The translations under genes were made by a program, and so were the position numbers. The notes below the pieces were generated by a model. The model was not told the origin of the DNA, did no database searches, and saw only the letters and a list, made by a program, of their open reading frames with translations. A stretch of 64,000 nt of DNA from Acutalibacteraceae bacterium (GTDB lineage: Bacteria > Bacillota > Clostridia > Oscillospirales > Acutalibacteraceae), in assembly GCA_045544675.1 (NCBI GenBank), contig JAZPZK010000069.1, positions 89-64,088 on the forward strand, given 5' to 3'. Positions 28,254 to 37,441 of the stretch are shown one piece after another. Within the stretch, counting starts at the first letter, position 1. Each line of letters begins with the position of its first letter.

Positions 28254-29027
28254 TCACCTCATCATTTCCCACATCGTTATAGCCGCAGCCATTGATGCAT
28301 TGAGAGATTCAGCTCTGCCGAGCATAGGTATTGTCACCTTTTCGCAAACCTCAAAAACATCATCGGTTACGCCGTTGCCTTCATTACCTATTACGGCAAC
28401 TACACCACCTGACATATCACACTCAGTTATTTTAATCGCATTTTCGTCAGGAGTTGTGGCGTAAATCGATACACCCTCAGCCTTGAGCTTATGCAGATAT
28501 TCGCAGAGATTTTCGCACTCTATAACATTTATCCTCAGCAGAGAGCCCATTGCAGCTCTTTGGGCTTTGGGAGAAAATCTGTCGCAGCAGCCGCACAGAA
28601 CGGCACCGTCAATACCGAGAGCTTCAGCAGTTCTGCATATTGCACCGAGATTTGAGGGGTCCTGTATATTTTCAAGAGCTATGTATTTACCGTCGGTCCG
28701 TATTTCCGGATTTTCACTGCTGATTCTGCAAAGGCAATAAAAGCCCTGAGAGGTTTCGGTGAGAGAAAGCTTATCGGCTATCCTGTCTGAAATTTCAAAA
28801 TATTGCGATGCACAGCCGCAAATAAGCTCAACAGCCTCAGCTTTTGTTTCTATAGCCTTTCTAGTGAAAAAAGCAAATTCTATTTTATATCCCGTAAGCG
28901 CCGCATCACGGCACAGACGTAAGCCTTCGAGAAAGAACATTCCGCTCTGCTTTCTCTGCTTTGAAGATGCCGCAATTTTTGCACATAATTTGATTTTTTC
29001 ATTGGAAAGACTGTCTATTTTCAGCAT
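28254..29027 (-). CDS. TrmH/SpoU family RNA 2'-O-methyltransferase
   Basis: SpoU motifs NLGAICRTA, IGNEGNGV, SLNASMAAAI. Confidence 0.9.
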   Translation of the reverse strand: MLKIDSLSNEKIKLCAKIAASSKQRKQSGMFFLEGLRLCRDAALTGYKIEFAFFTRKAIETKAEAVELICGCASQYFEISDRIADKLSLTETSQGFYCLCRISSENPEIRTDGKYIALENIQDPSNLGAICRTAEALGIDGAVLCGCCDRFSPKAQRAAMGSLLRINVIECENLCEYLHKLKAEGVSIYATTPDENAIKITECDMSGGVVAVIGNEGNGVTDDVFEVCEKVTIPMLGRAESLNASMAAAITMWEMMR

Positions 29028-29069
29028 ACCTCACCCTCCTTTTGCTGTATTTCATATAAATTATTACAC

Positions 29070-29111
29070 GTTTAAAAAACACAAATACGCCCGAGAATAA
29101 ATCTCGGACGT
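29070..29111 (-). terminator. Intrinsic terminator after rplT
   Basis: acgtccgaga-tttat-tctcgggcgt followed by a T-rich run on the minus strand. Confidence 0.7.
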
Positions 29112-29124
29112 AATTCAGTTTGGA

Positions 29125-29478
29125 TTAAAGAGCTGCCTTTGCCTTCTCAACAAGTGCTGTGAATGCTGCGGGATCAGCAATAGCGATTTCTGAAAGCATC
29201 TTTCTGTTAAGAGTGATGTCTGCCTTCTTGAGACCGTTCATAAATGTTGAGTAGTTGATGCCGTTAGCCTTGCAAGCAGCTGAGATTCTTGTGATCCAAA
29301 GACGACGGAAATCTCTCTTCTTCTGCTTTCTGCCGACATATGCATAGTTGCCTGACTTCATAACAGCCTGCTTAGCTGTCTTGAAGAGGCTGTGCTTTGA
29401 GCCATAGTAGCCCTTTGCAAGCTTTAATACTTTATTTCTTCTCTTACGAGTCATCATTGCGCCTTTAATACGAGCCAT
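29125..29478 (-). CDS. rplT: 50S ribosomal protein L20
   Basis: [28 protein letters not shown]. Confidence 0.98.
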   Translation of the reverse strand: MARIKGAMMTRKRRNKVLKLAKGYYGSKHSLFKTAKQAVMKSGNYAYVGRKQKKRDFRRLWITRISAACKANGINYSTFMNGLKKADITLNRKMLSEIAIADPAAFTALVEKAKAAL

Positions 29479-29527
29479 GATTAAGTACCTCCGTTATGAT
29501 ATTATTTAGTTTAAGAACGTTTCTGAA

Positions 29528-29725
29528 TTATTTGTAAGGAATAAGACGCTTAATCTGCTTCTCGTTTGTCTTATCAGCAACAACTGTCTGACGAAGACCT
29601 CTCTTACGCTTTGTGTTCTTCTTTGTAAGAATGTGTGACTTGTTTGCATGGTAGCGGATGGGCTTACCGTTCTTGGAAAGCTTAAAACGCTTCTTTGCAC
29701 CGCTGTGAGTTTTAATTTTAGGCAT
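29528..29725 (-). CDS. rpmI: 50S ribosomal protein L35
   Basis: [15 protein letters not shown]. Confidence 0.98.
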   Translation of the reverse strand: MPKIKTHSGAKKRFKLSKNGKPIRYHANKSHILTKKNTKRKRGLRQTVVADKTNEKQIKRLIPYK

Positions 29726-29743
29726 TGTTAATTCCTCCTGTTA

Positions 29744-30268
29744 TTACTTTTTCGGCTTGGGAGCCATGAACATCATCATTGATTTACCTTCGAGCTTTGC
29801 AGCCTTTTCAATGTTAGCAAATTCAGCACAAGCATCTGCAAATTCCTTCATTGTTACAAGACCGTTTTCTGTGTGAGCCATCTCTCTGCCTCTGAAACGG
29901 ATCGAAACCTTAACCTTGTTTCCGCTTGCGATAAATCTTCTTGCATGATTGACCTTTGTTTCGAAGTCATGCGTGTCAATACCCAGTGAAAGTCTGATTT
30001 CCTTGATTTCAACAACATGCTGATTTTTCTTTGCTTCCTTTTCACGCTTCGTCATTTCAAAGCGATACTTACCGTAGTCCATAATCTTGCATACGGGCGG
30101 AACGGCCTGGGGAGCAATTTTAACTAAATCAAGATTCTTTTCCTCTGCGATTTTAAGAGCTTCATCTGCTGACATGATACCGAGTGCTTCACCGTCACCG
30201 AGAATTACTCTGACTTCCTTGTCGCGAATCTCTTCATTGATCTGCATTTCTTTGATAGCGATGTTCAT
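29744..30268 (-). CDS. infC: Translation initiation factor IF-3
   Basis: INEEIRDKEVRVI N-terminus and a conserved C-domain. The ATG at 30268 sits only 3 nt after GGAGG, so a nearby non-ATG start is possible. Confidence 0.93.
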   Translation of the reverse strand: MNIAIKEMQINEEIRDKEVRVILGDGEALGIMSADEALKIAEEKNLDLVKIAPQAVPPVCKIMDYGKYRFEMTKREKEAKKNQHVVEIKEIRLSLGIDTHDFETKVNHARRFIASGNKVKVSIRFRGREMAHTENGLVTMKEFADACAEFANIEKAAKLEGKSMMMFMAPKPKK

Positions 30269-30269
30269 A

Positions 30270-30415
30270 CACCTCCGAATTATTTGACCGTGGGTCATAA
30301 AAATCAAAGCGTGAACAGAGAGCTGTCCACGCATCAATACACCAAAAAACTCAGTCTATTGACCTATGCGGAACCTTATCCCATAGGTGAGAAGCCAACT
30401 GCTCTGCTTTGTTTG
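30270..30415 (-). promoter_or_regulatory. Structured 5' leader of infC-rpmI-rplT (candidate L20 ribosomal-protein leader)
   Basis: About 150-nt untranslated leader between a consensus promoter and infC, with the ACCTATG...CATAGGT stem. Operon position matches the Firmicute L20 leader. I have not verified the fold. Confidence 0.4.
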
Positions 30416-30422
30416 CTCGGAT

Positions 30423-30451
30423 ATATTATCACACAGAAGGGCTTTTGTCAA
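30423..30451 (-). promoter_or_regulatory. Sigma-A promoter of the infC operon
   Basis: Minus strand: TTGACA, 17 nt, TAATAT. Confidence 0.7.
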
Positions 30452-30481
30452 TAGTTTTTTCAAGTTTTTTTATTTAATTTC

Positions 30482-31465
30482 TTAATATGCTATTCCCTGC
30501 CTGTCAAGCCATTCTTCAAGGCAAAGTCCGCTGTTTTTAATCTGCTCGGCATACTCAACGCCAACATATCTCCAATGCCAGGGCTCATATATAATACCTG
30601 TGATGTGCTGCTTATCCTCAGTATAACGGTTGATGAATCCATACTCATGAGCATGCTCAACAAGCCAGTCGTACTCCTTGGTATTGCTGAACGACGTATA
30701 CAGGCTGCAGATATCCATCGCAAGGCCCAGATTATGCTCACTGGTGCCTGCCGGAAGAACAATCGTAGCCGCCTTCTTACGGGCGTCCTCTCTTGAAAGA
30801 TTGAATTCATCCATACATATATCTATACGTCTTGCATAGTTGTTCTTCTGTCTTTCGTAGGAGCGATAGCCTGATACCGGTGTCAGCTTTATTCCGTCCT
30901 TGAGTGCAGCATTATACATTGCCGTATAATAGGGAGCAACTCGGTAATCCATCTGATAGCTTGTTCCTGCAACATAATCAAGCTTCGGTACATAGTCAGA
31001 GGGCATCTGTCTTGAAATGTTTACAACAACAAGGCTCCAGTATTCGCTGTCAGGATCAATATCTATAGTAATTCTGTCCTCCTCCTCAACAAAAAGCAGC
31101 TCTGTACCCTGAGAAGGCTTGAAATCTGCCTTGGTAGTTTCGTCGGTTGTAGCCTCGGTGGTTTCTTCAGTTGTTACCTCTGTTGTAGCGGCGGTTTCTT
31201 GAGTTGAGGGCTGAGTTGTCACCTCAGAGTTCTGTCCGCCTTCGTCAGCATTGCTGTTATCGTAACCTTCACCTGATGTTTCATCAGTATCTCCGGCAAA
31301 AACAGTTGTATTTTCCGTAACATCATTGTTATCGGGTGAAATAACCTCCGCAACAAGCAGCCCTACAAGGGCAAGGGCGGTAACTGCGCAGGCGACAATA
31401 AGCACCTTAATAACCGTATCAACCGGATTTGATTTCTTTTTTCTTCTTTTCTTTGCAGAACTCAT
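30482..31465 (-). CDS. Membrane-anchored M15B (VanY-type) D-alanyl-D-alanine carboxypeptidase with a Thr/Glu-rich linker
   Basis: SEHNLGLAMD and EPWHWRYVG metal-ligand motifs. N-terminal TM helix. Confidence 0.88.
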   Translation of the reverse strand: MSSAKKRRKKKSNPVDTVIKVLIVACAVTALALVGLLVAEVISPDNNDVTENTTVFAGDTDETSGEGYDNSNADEGGQNSEVTTQPSTQETAATTEVTTEETTEATTDETTKADFKPSQGTELLFVEEEDRITIDIDPDSEYWSLVVVNISRQMPSDYVPKLDYVAGTSYQMDYRVAPYYTAMYNAALKDGIKLTPVSGYRSYERQKNNYARRIDICMDEFNLSREDARKKAATIVLPAGTSEHNLGLAMDICSLYTSFSNTKEYDWLVEHAHEYGFINRYTEDKQHITGIIYEPWHWRYVGVEYAEQIKNSGLCLEEWLDRQGIAY

Positions 31466-31533
31466 TTTTTACATCTCCATATATGATATGCAATAAGTAT
31501 ACACCTTTATTTCTGCTTTTTCAACAGCTGCGT

Positions 31534-32550
31534 TTAAAATCTTTCCGAAGCGCTGTCAAGATCCTTACACAGAACTATTCCGTCATCAGTAAAGTCCGCC
31601 ACAAGTCCGCCATAAGCTCCTGTTTCAAATATCATGGCGTTTACGCTGTTAAGATTTTTAACCGGTGTTCTGCCGGCACCGCCTTTTTTGTTTGTAACAA
31701 CAGCATATTCAGGACTGAGTGCTTTAACAAAGCCGAGAGTAGTTGAACCATCATAACCGTGATGACCTACCTTGTGGAGATTTATCTTACCTAATTTCTC
31801 AGACAATCTGTCCTCATCTCCGTCAAGATTATTGTTATCGGCAGCAAGAAATGCTCTCATATCCCCTTTTTCGACGAGCAGACCTACAGCATTTTCATTC
31901 TCACCGACCGGCTCAGTTGAATCGGTTTCAGCGGTATTGCAGAACTTCATCGTGAAGTTTCCGAAAGAAAACTTCTCTTCCGATATATCGTTTACAACCG
32001 TAAAGTCTCTTTTTTCGCAGGCAGAAATAAGCTGATCGTAGACCTCCTGATTATCCCATGCAGTTATCTCATACTCTCTGATTTTACTCGCATCATATTC
32101 TTTGATATACACGGTTTTAACTGTTATATCCTCATCGGCAACAAGCGTATCAAGACCGCCTATGTGATCAGAGTGACTGTGTGTACCGAGAATAAATTCA
32201 AGAGTCACCTTGCCATCCTTATCTCCGGCAATTTTTTTAACAGTATCCAGAACATACTGTTCAGTTCCTTCGTATGCAAGCTCTTCAAAGCCTCTGGGAT
32301 TATCGCTGTCCTCAGCACCGTCAACAAGAGCAAATTTTCCGTCACTCTCAATAAGTATGGCATCCGCTCCGCCTGTGTTAAGAAAATAAATTCTGTCCCC
32401 GCCGTCCTTAAGCACGACTGACGACATCTCATATTTTGATGCATTTATATTCTTTTTGATAAAAGGCATAAAATGTGAAGTTACCGCCGCTGCTCCTATA
32501 ACTGCCGCACCCGCTATAACAACCGATAATACTTTCTTGCTTGTTTTCAT
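31534..32550 (-). CDS. Secreted MBL-fold metallo-hydrolase
   Basis: HSHSDHIGG motif. AGGAGA RBS before the ATG at 32550. Signal-anchor N-terminus. Confidence 0.85.
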   Translation of the reverse strand: MKTSKKVLSVVIAGAAVIGAAAVTSHFMPFIKKNINASKYEMSSVVLKDGGDRIYFLNTGGADAILIESDGKFALVDGAEDSDNPRGFEELAYEGTEQYVLDTVKKIAGDKDGKVTLEFILGTHSHSDHIGGLDTLVADEDITVKTVYIKEYDASKIREYEITAWDNQEVYDQLISACEKRDFTVVNDISEEKFSFGNFTMKFCNTAETDSTEPVGENENAVGLLVEKGDMRAFLAADNNNLDGDEDRLSEKLGKINLHKVGHHGYDGSTTLGFVKALSPEYAVVTNKKGGAGRTPVKNLNSVNAMIFETGAYGGLVADFTDDGIVLCKDLDSASERF

Positions 32551-32673
32551 ATATTCACTTCTCCTTTTCTGCATTTTATCACAGTACAATTTTCTTTTCA
32601 ATATATTTTACGATATTGCATTATTAATATTTTTGGTGTATTATACCCTTATAAATATAACAGGAGGGAAATT

Positions 32674-33531
32674 ATGACCCATTATATTGAAAACGAATAT
32701 CTGAAAATCGGTGTTAAGGAATACGGATGCGAGCTTACAAGCGTTTACGGCAAAAAGGAAGAAATTGAATACCTCTGGCAGGGCGATGAAAAATTCTGGA
32801 CCGGTCAGTCACCGATTCTTTTCCCGATTGTAGGAAGGCTTATCGACGATAAATATACACTCAACGGCAAAGAGTATGAAATGCCAAAGCACGGCTTTGC
32901 AAGAAAAATGAACTGGAGCTTTTCAGGCAAAAAGGGAAATTCGATTTCCTTTACTCTTATGCAGACTGAAGACACACTGAAGCTTTATCCATATAATTTC
33001 ACCGTTACGGTAACCTTTACAATTGAAAAGAACAAGCTTTCGGTTTCACACCACATTGATAACAATAACAGCAGCACAATGTATTTCTCTCTCGGTGCTC
33101 ACCCGGCCTTCAACTGCAGCATAGGCGATGTTCTTTCATTTGATGAAAATGAAACCCTTGAAACTGAGAAAATTGACCTTGTAAGGTCCCTGAGAATACC
33201 CGAAACCTATCCTGTTCTCAATAATGAAAAGGATATTATCATTACAGAAGATATTTTCAATGAGGATGCTCTTATTCTTCACTCCATCAAATCTGAAAAT
33301 ATCACACTTAAAAGCAGATTGCACTCAAGAACAGTAAAATTCAACCTCGGCGGTGCTCCTTATCTCGGAATCTGGTCAAAGCCCGGTGCTCCTTACGTAT
33401 GTATTGAGCCCTGGTGCGGTGTTAATGATTCTGCCGAAAAAAAAGACGACTTCTCAAAAAAAGACGGAATTAACGCCTTAAAGCCCGAAGAAAGCTTTAT
33501 TTTCACATGGACAGCTGAATTCAACGCATAA
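32674..33531 (+). CDS. Aldose 1-epimerase family protein (LacX-like)
   Basis: Mutarotase-like motifs (ILFPIVGR, HGFAR, GAHPAF, EPW). Confidence 0.85.
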   Translation: MTHYIENEYLKIGVKEYGCELTSVYGKKEEIEYLWQGDEKFWTGQSPILFPIVGRLIDDKYTLNGKEYEMPKHGFARKMNWSFSGKKGNSISFTLMQTEDTLKLYPYNFTVTVTFTIEKNKLSVSHHIDNNNSSTMYFSLGAHPAFNCSIGDVLSFDENETLETEKIDLVRSLRIPETYPVLNNEKDIIITEDIFNEDALILHSIKSENITLKSRLHSRTVKFNLGGAPYLGIWSKPGAPYVCIEPWCGVNDSAEKKDDFSKKDGINALKPEESFIFTWTAEFNA

Positions 33532-33533
33532 AC

Positions 33534-33574
33534 AAAAAACTGCTCACCTCAATTGAAGTGAGCAGTTTTATTTT
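33534..33574. terminator. Bidirectional terminator between convergent genes
   Basis: ctgctcac...gtgagcag hairpin flanked by an A-run and a T-run. Confidence 0.75.
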
Positions 33575-33582
33575 GCCGCAAA

Positions 33583-33822
33583 TCAAACGCCGCGTTCTTC
33601 GCGCCACTTGTTAGCCTTATCAGCTGACATTCTTGTGATGTTCTCAGTTGCATAGGGTGATTCCTCGCCACCGTTAACATAAAGGAAATACTTACCGTTT
33701 GCAGTCATATAGAGGCTTTCTTCAAAACCTGAAGCCTCACCGAATTCGCCGCTTGTATACTTTGCAACGAGCTCTGCATTTTCGGTATCATATTCAACTT
33801 TACAGATAATCTTTTTCATCAA
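33583..33822 (-). CDS. Hypothetical small protein, 79 aa
   Basis: ORF with an AGGAGG-like RBS. No recognised domain. Confidence 0.55.
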   Translation of the reverse strand: MMKKIICKVEYDTENAELVAKYTSGEFGEASGFEESLYMTANGKYFLYVNGGEESPYATENITRMSADKANKWREERGV

Positions 33823-34033
33823 GCTTACCTCCTGTTCAGTTAGTTATTACTCATTAAGATGAGTTTATCTCATTATAACATACATTTTCCTTTCCGTCAA
33901 ATATATATTATTGCAAATATGAAAATTTGTCTGCTGTTTTATTCCATATTAACATTTTATTTACATTACACCCTTTAAATGTTACATCGGCTGTGTTATT
34001 ATAAATAAAAGGTTAAGAAAAGAGGAGAAAAAT

Positions 34034-35476
34034 ATGTCACAATCAACAAAATCGACTGCTTCCGATCCTAACAAGAAGTATGTTAAGCCTGCAGAGTTCA
34101 TACTTTACCTCGCAGGCGTGTTCTTTTACACAACTATGACCGGTGTTGTAGGTGCAAACAGAAACACCTATCTTACTAACGTGTTGCGTATCAACGATTA
34201 TAACGAAAACTACCACTCAATGTTTAACGCTATAATCACAATTGTGCCTTTTGTGCTCAATTTCTTTATCACACTGTACATTGACGGAAGAAGAGCAGGC
34301 AAAAGGGGTAAGTTCAGACCTATATTGCAGATTATCATCATTCCGATGGCCGCAATAATGATGCTTACCTTCATCACTCCCCCTCAGCTTACAGGCACAC
34401 TCGTATTTATTTACATAACAACAATCGCTCTGCTCTGGAGCGTTATGTGTACCTTCGGTAACACGATCAATATGTTGCCCAACGTTATGACACCGAATAT
34501 GAAAGAGAGAGATCAGGTGCTCTCTCTCAGAAGCTTTGCCTCTGCAGTAGGCAACTCAGCTCCAATGCTCTTCCTTCTCATTATCGGTATGATATGGAAG
34601 AACAACGAAGGCTTACAGTACATAATCTGTGCTGCCTTCTGCGGTGTAATAGGTATTACAACCGTTCTTTTGGGTATGAAGCTCGTAAGAGAAAGAATCC
34701 CATATTCAGTTGAGAAAAAGAATCCCCTTTTAGGCTTCAAGGATATTATCAAAAATAAGCATGCACATGTTGTTATACTTTCAGAATTTCTCAAAAGTTT
34801 CAGAGGTATTTCAACCTTCATGGAGGGCTATCTTGCAATTGTACTTATAGGAGACCCTTCAAAGAAGATTTTTGTTCTTCTTCCCGTCGGCATCGGTACC
34901 GCAGTAGGTATGCTTGTTATAAATGCACTTCTTAAAAAGTTCAACGCGAGAGTGCTTTACATTGCAAGCGGTATTTACTCTGTATGTGCTAATATCGTAG
35001 CTTTCACAATCGGTTACTTCTATTTCACCACCGACAGCAAGCCTCTTATGTTTATATTTATTGCATGCCTCTTCCTTATAGGCTTACAGTTCGGTGCTTC
35101 AAACCTTCTTCCCCTTATGTTCCAGGCTGACGTTCTTGAAGATCTCGAACTCAAAACAGGCAAGCGTCTTGATGCTTCACTGCCTTATGTTATCGGCCTC
35201 GGCACAACAATCAGCGGTGCTATTGCATCCTTCTTCGCACCTAAGCTTCTCAGCGGAGTAGTTCATTACGATTTTGTGGACGGTGTTGTCAGCCCCGGAA
35301 CAAACAAAATCGCACTTCTCTTCTTCTACACCATCGTACACGGTCTTATGATGTTCCTTGCAGGCGTTCCCTTCTTCTTCTATAAGCTTACAGGTAAAAC
35401 CAAGGAAGATATTCACAACGCCGTTCTTGCAAAGCGTGCAGAGCTTGAAGACACCCGGACAACCGTTGAAGGTTGA
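34034..35476 (+). CDS. MFS transporter, glycoside-pentoside-hexuronide (GPH)-like
   Basis: About 12 TM segments. AGAGGAG RBS. Confidence 0.8.
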   Translation: MSQSTKSTASDPNKKYVKPAEFILYLAGVFFYTTMTGVVGANRNTYLTNVLRINDYNENYHSMFNAIITIVPFVLNFFITLYIDGRRAGKRGKFRPILQIIIIPMAAIMMLTFITPPQLTGTLVFIYITTIALLWSVMCTFGNTINMLPNVMTPNMKERDQVLSLRSFASAVGNSAPMLFLLIIGMIWKNNEGLQYIICAAFCGVIGITTVLLGMKLVRERIPYSVEKKNPLLGFKDIIKNKHAHVVILSEFLKSFRGISTFMEGYLAIVLIGDPSKKIFVLLPVGIGTAVGMLVINALLKKFNARVLYIASGIYSVCANIVAFTIGYFYFTTDSKPLMFIFIACLFLIGLQFGASNLLPLMFQADVLEDLELKTGKRLDASLPYVIGLGTTISGAIASFFAPKLLSGVVHYDFVDGVVSPGTNKIALLFFYTIVHGLMMFLAGVPFFFYKLTGKTKEDIHNAVLAKRAELEDTRTTVEG

Positions 35477-35578
35477 TTGGCTTAAAATAAAAGAGGCGCT
35501 TCGGCACCTCTTTTTCTCTGTACTGATATAATGAAAACAGATATTTCCCCGATTAAGCTGAGAAATATCTGTTTATTT

Positions 35579-36022
35579 TTATTCTTCAGTTAACATTATG
35601 CCGATTTCATCGCCTTCAAAAACCTTGCCGCCCCTGATTACTCTTGCAAAAACGCCTTCACGGGGCATAACACACTGTCCGACAAGCTTTTTAATTGCAC
35701 AGCCGTCGTGGCACTCCTTGCCTATCTGGCTGATCTCAATTATACATTCGCCTACACTGAGCCTTGATCCTACAGGAATTGTGTAAAGCTCTATGCCCTC
35801 TGTGGTAATGTTTTCTGCAAACACACCGTGACAAAGTCCGTCGGTAGGAAGGCCCTTTGCTTTCTCTATGCTTTCTTTAGCAAGAAGGCTTACCTGTCTG
35901 TGCCATTTTCCTGCGTGAGCATCGCCCTCAAAACCGAAATCTTCAATAAGCACACCCGGATTGATTTTAGTCTTTGGAGTACCTTTCTTTTCACTTATAT
36001 TTATTGAAACTACCTTTCCCAT
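35579..36022 (-). CDS. MOSC domain-containing protein
   Basis: About 147-aa beta-barrel MOSC-like sequence at the distal end of the moa operon. Confidence 0.8.
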   Translation of the reverse strand: MGKVVSINISEKKGTPKTKINPGVLIEDFGFEGDAHAGKWHRQVSLLAKESIEKAKGLPTDGLCHGVFAENITTEGIELYTIPVGSRLSVGECIIEISQIGKECHDGCAIKKLVGQCVMPREGVFARVIRGGKVFEGDEIGIMLTEE

Positions 36023-36024
36023 TG

Positions 36025-36978
36025 TTATCCTCCTATGCGGTTCATTCCGTGGCTTGTGCCGTAGCCACAGTTAAAGTTATGCTCCATCGGCTTTGAGAGG
36101 ATTGCTTTTTTCACCTCAGCCAGAAGAAGCTCTTCGTCATCAATGTATGGCATCAGGTCAAATACCACATCGCTTCCCAGACAAGGCTTGACCTTTCCGT
36201 CGCTGAGAAGTCTTATACGGTTACAGCTGCAGCAGAATTTATCGCTGACAGGTGTGATAAATCCTATTCTGCCACAGAAGCCGTCAGCTTCATAATACCT
36301 TGCCACATTTTTCTCAGATTCCTTATCCGATTTTCTGACAACAGGCTTAAGATAAGAAAATCTTTCAAGAAGCTCTTCACCCTTAACTATCAGTTTTTCA
36401 TTTTCTCCTTCAGAAGAAAAAGGCATAAGCTCAATGAATCTAACGTCGATTTTTCTGTTTTTTGCTATATTTATCAGATTCTCCGCCTGAGAATCATTTT
36501 GACCTCTTATAAGCACTGCATTCAGCCTTATAGTATTGAAGCCACACTTCTCGCATTCTTCAATTCCTTCGTATACCTTTTCAAGACTGTCTGAACCTGT
36601 AAGCTCTAAATATTGACTTCTGTCTGTTGTATCAAGGCTTATGTTAACTGCGGTAACGCCCGATTCTCTGAGTCTCGGGGCAAGCTGCTTAAGACCGACT
36701 CCGTTTGTGGTCAGAGCAAGCTTTTTTATACCTTCAATACCGCTGATACGTTTTGCTATATCGCATATATCCTTTCTTACAAGAGGCTCACCTCCTGTAA
36801 GGCGCACCTTGTTTATACCAAGCTTCACAAAGGCTCTGACGATTTTTTCTATCTGCTCTGCCGTAAGCTCATTATCGTTTTTTTCTTTCCCCGCTCCGCA
36901 ATAGGAGCAGTTCAGATTACACCTTTTTGTTACAGAAACTCTCAGATAGTTTATTTCTCTGCCGAAATTATCTGTCAT
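36025..36978 (-). CDS. moaA: GTP 3',8-cyclase MoaA
   Basis: MTDNFGREINYLRVSVTKRCNLNCSYC radical-SAM motif and a C-terminal GG. ATG at 36978 is preferred over the TTG at 37011. Confidence 0.93.
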   Translation of the reverse strand: MTDNFGREINYLRVSVTKRCNLNCSYCGAGKEKNDNELTAEQIEKIVRAFVKLGINKVRLTGGEPLVRKDICDIAKRISGIEGIKKLALTTNGVGLKQLAPRLRESGVTAVNISLDTTDRSQYLELTGSDSLEKVYEGIEECEKCGFNTIRLNAVLIRGQNDSQAENLINIAKNRKIDVRFIELMPFSSEGENEKLIVKGEELLERFSYLKPVVRKSDKESEKNVARYYEADGFCGRIGFITPVSDKFCCSCNRIRLLSDGKVKPCLGSDVVFDLMPYIDDEELLLAEVKKAILSKPMEHNFNCGYGTSHGMNRIGG

Positions 36979-37441
36979 TTTTATAATCGCTCTTTCCACC
37001 GCTTTTTTCAAGCAGTTTTATTTCTTTAATCTGCATACCTCTGTCAACAGCCTTGCACATATCATAAACAGTAAGTGCCGAAATACTTGCACCTGTCAGA
37101 GCCTCCATCTCTATACCGGTTTTGTAGCTGCATCTGCCGGTACAGTAAATGTAAAGCTCATCTGTGCCGTTATTTTCAAAGGTAATTTCAACCGATTCAA
37201 TAGGTATGTTGTGGCAAAGCGGAATCAGCTCACTTGTTTTTTTTGCGCCCATAATACCTGCTATTCTTGCAGTTGCAAGTCCGTCACCCTTTTTAAGTGA
37301 GGCGTTAAGAAGAGCCTTTAGCGTATCAGGATGCATCTTTATCTTTGCGAAAGCCACAGCCTTACGGTCTGTTACATCCTTTTCGGAAATATCAACCATA
37401 ACTGCTTCGCCTTTTTTATTGATATGAGTTAGCTCAGCCAA
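36968..37441 (-). CDS. moaC: Cyclic pyranopterin monophosphate synthase MoaC
   Basis: Typical MoaC length and motifs (KGDGLATARIAGIMGAKKTSELIPLCH). Confidence 0.93.
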   Translation of the reverse strand: MAELTHINKKGEAVMVDISEKDVTDRKAVAFAKIKMHPDTLKALLNASLKKGDGLATARIAGIMGAKKTSELIPLCHNIPIESVEITFENNGTDELYIYCTGRCSYKTGIEMEALTGASISALTVYDMCKAVDRGMQIKEIKLLEKSGGKSDYKNDR

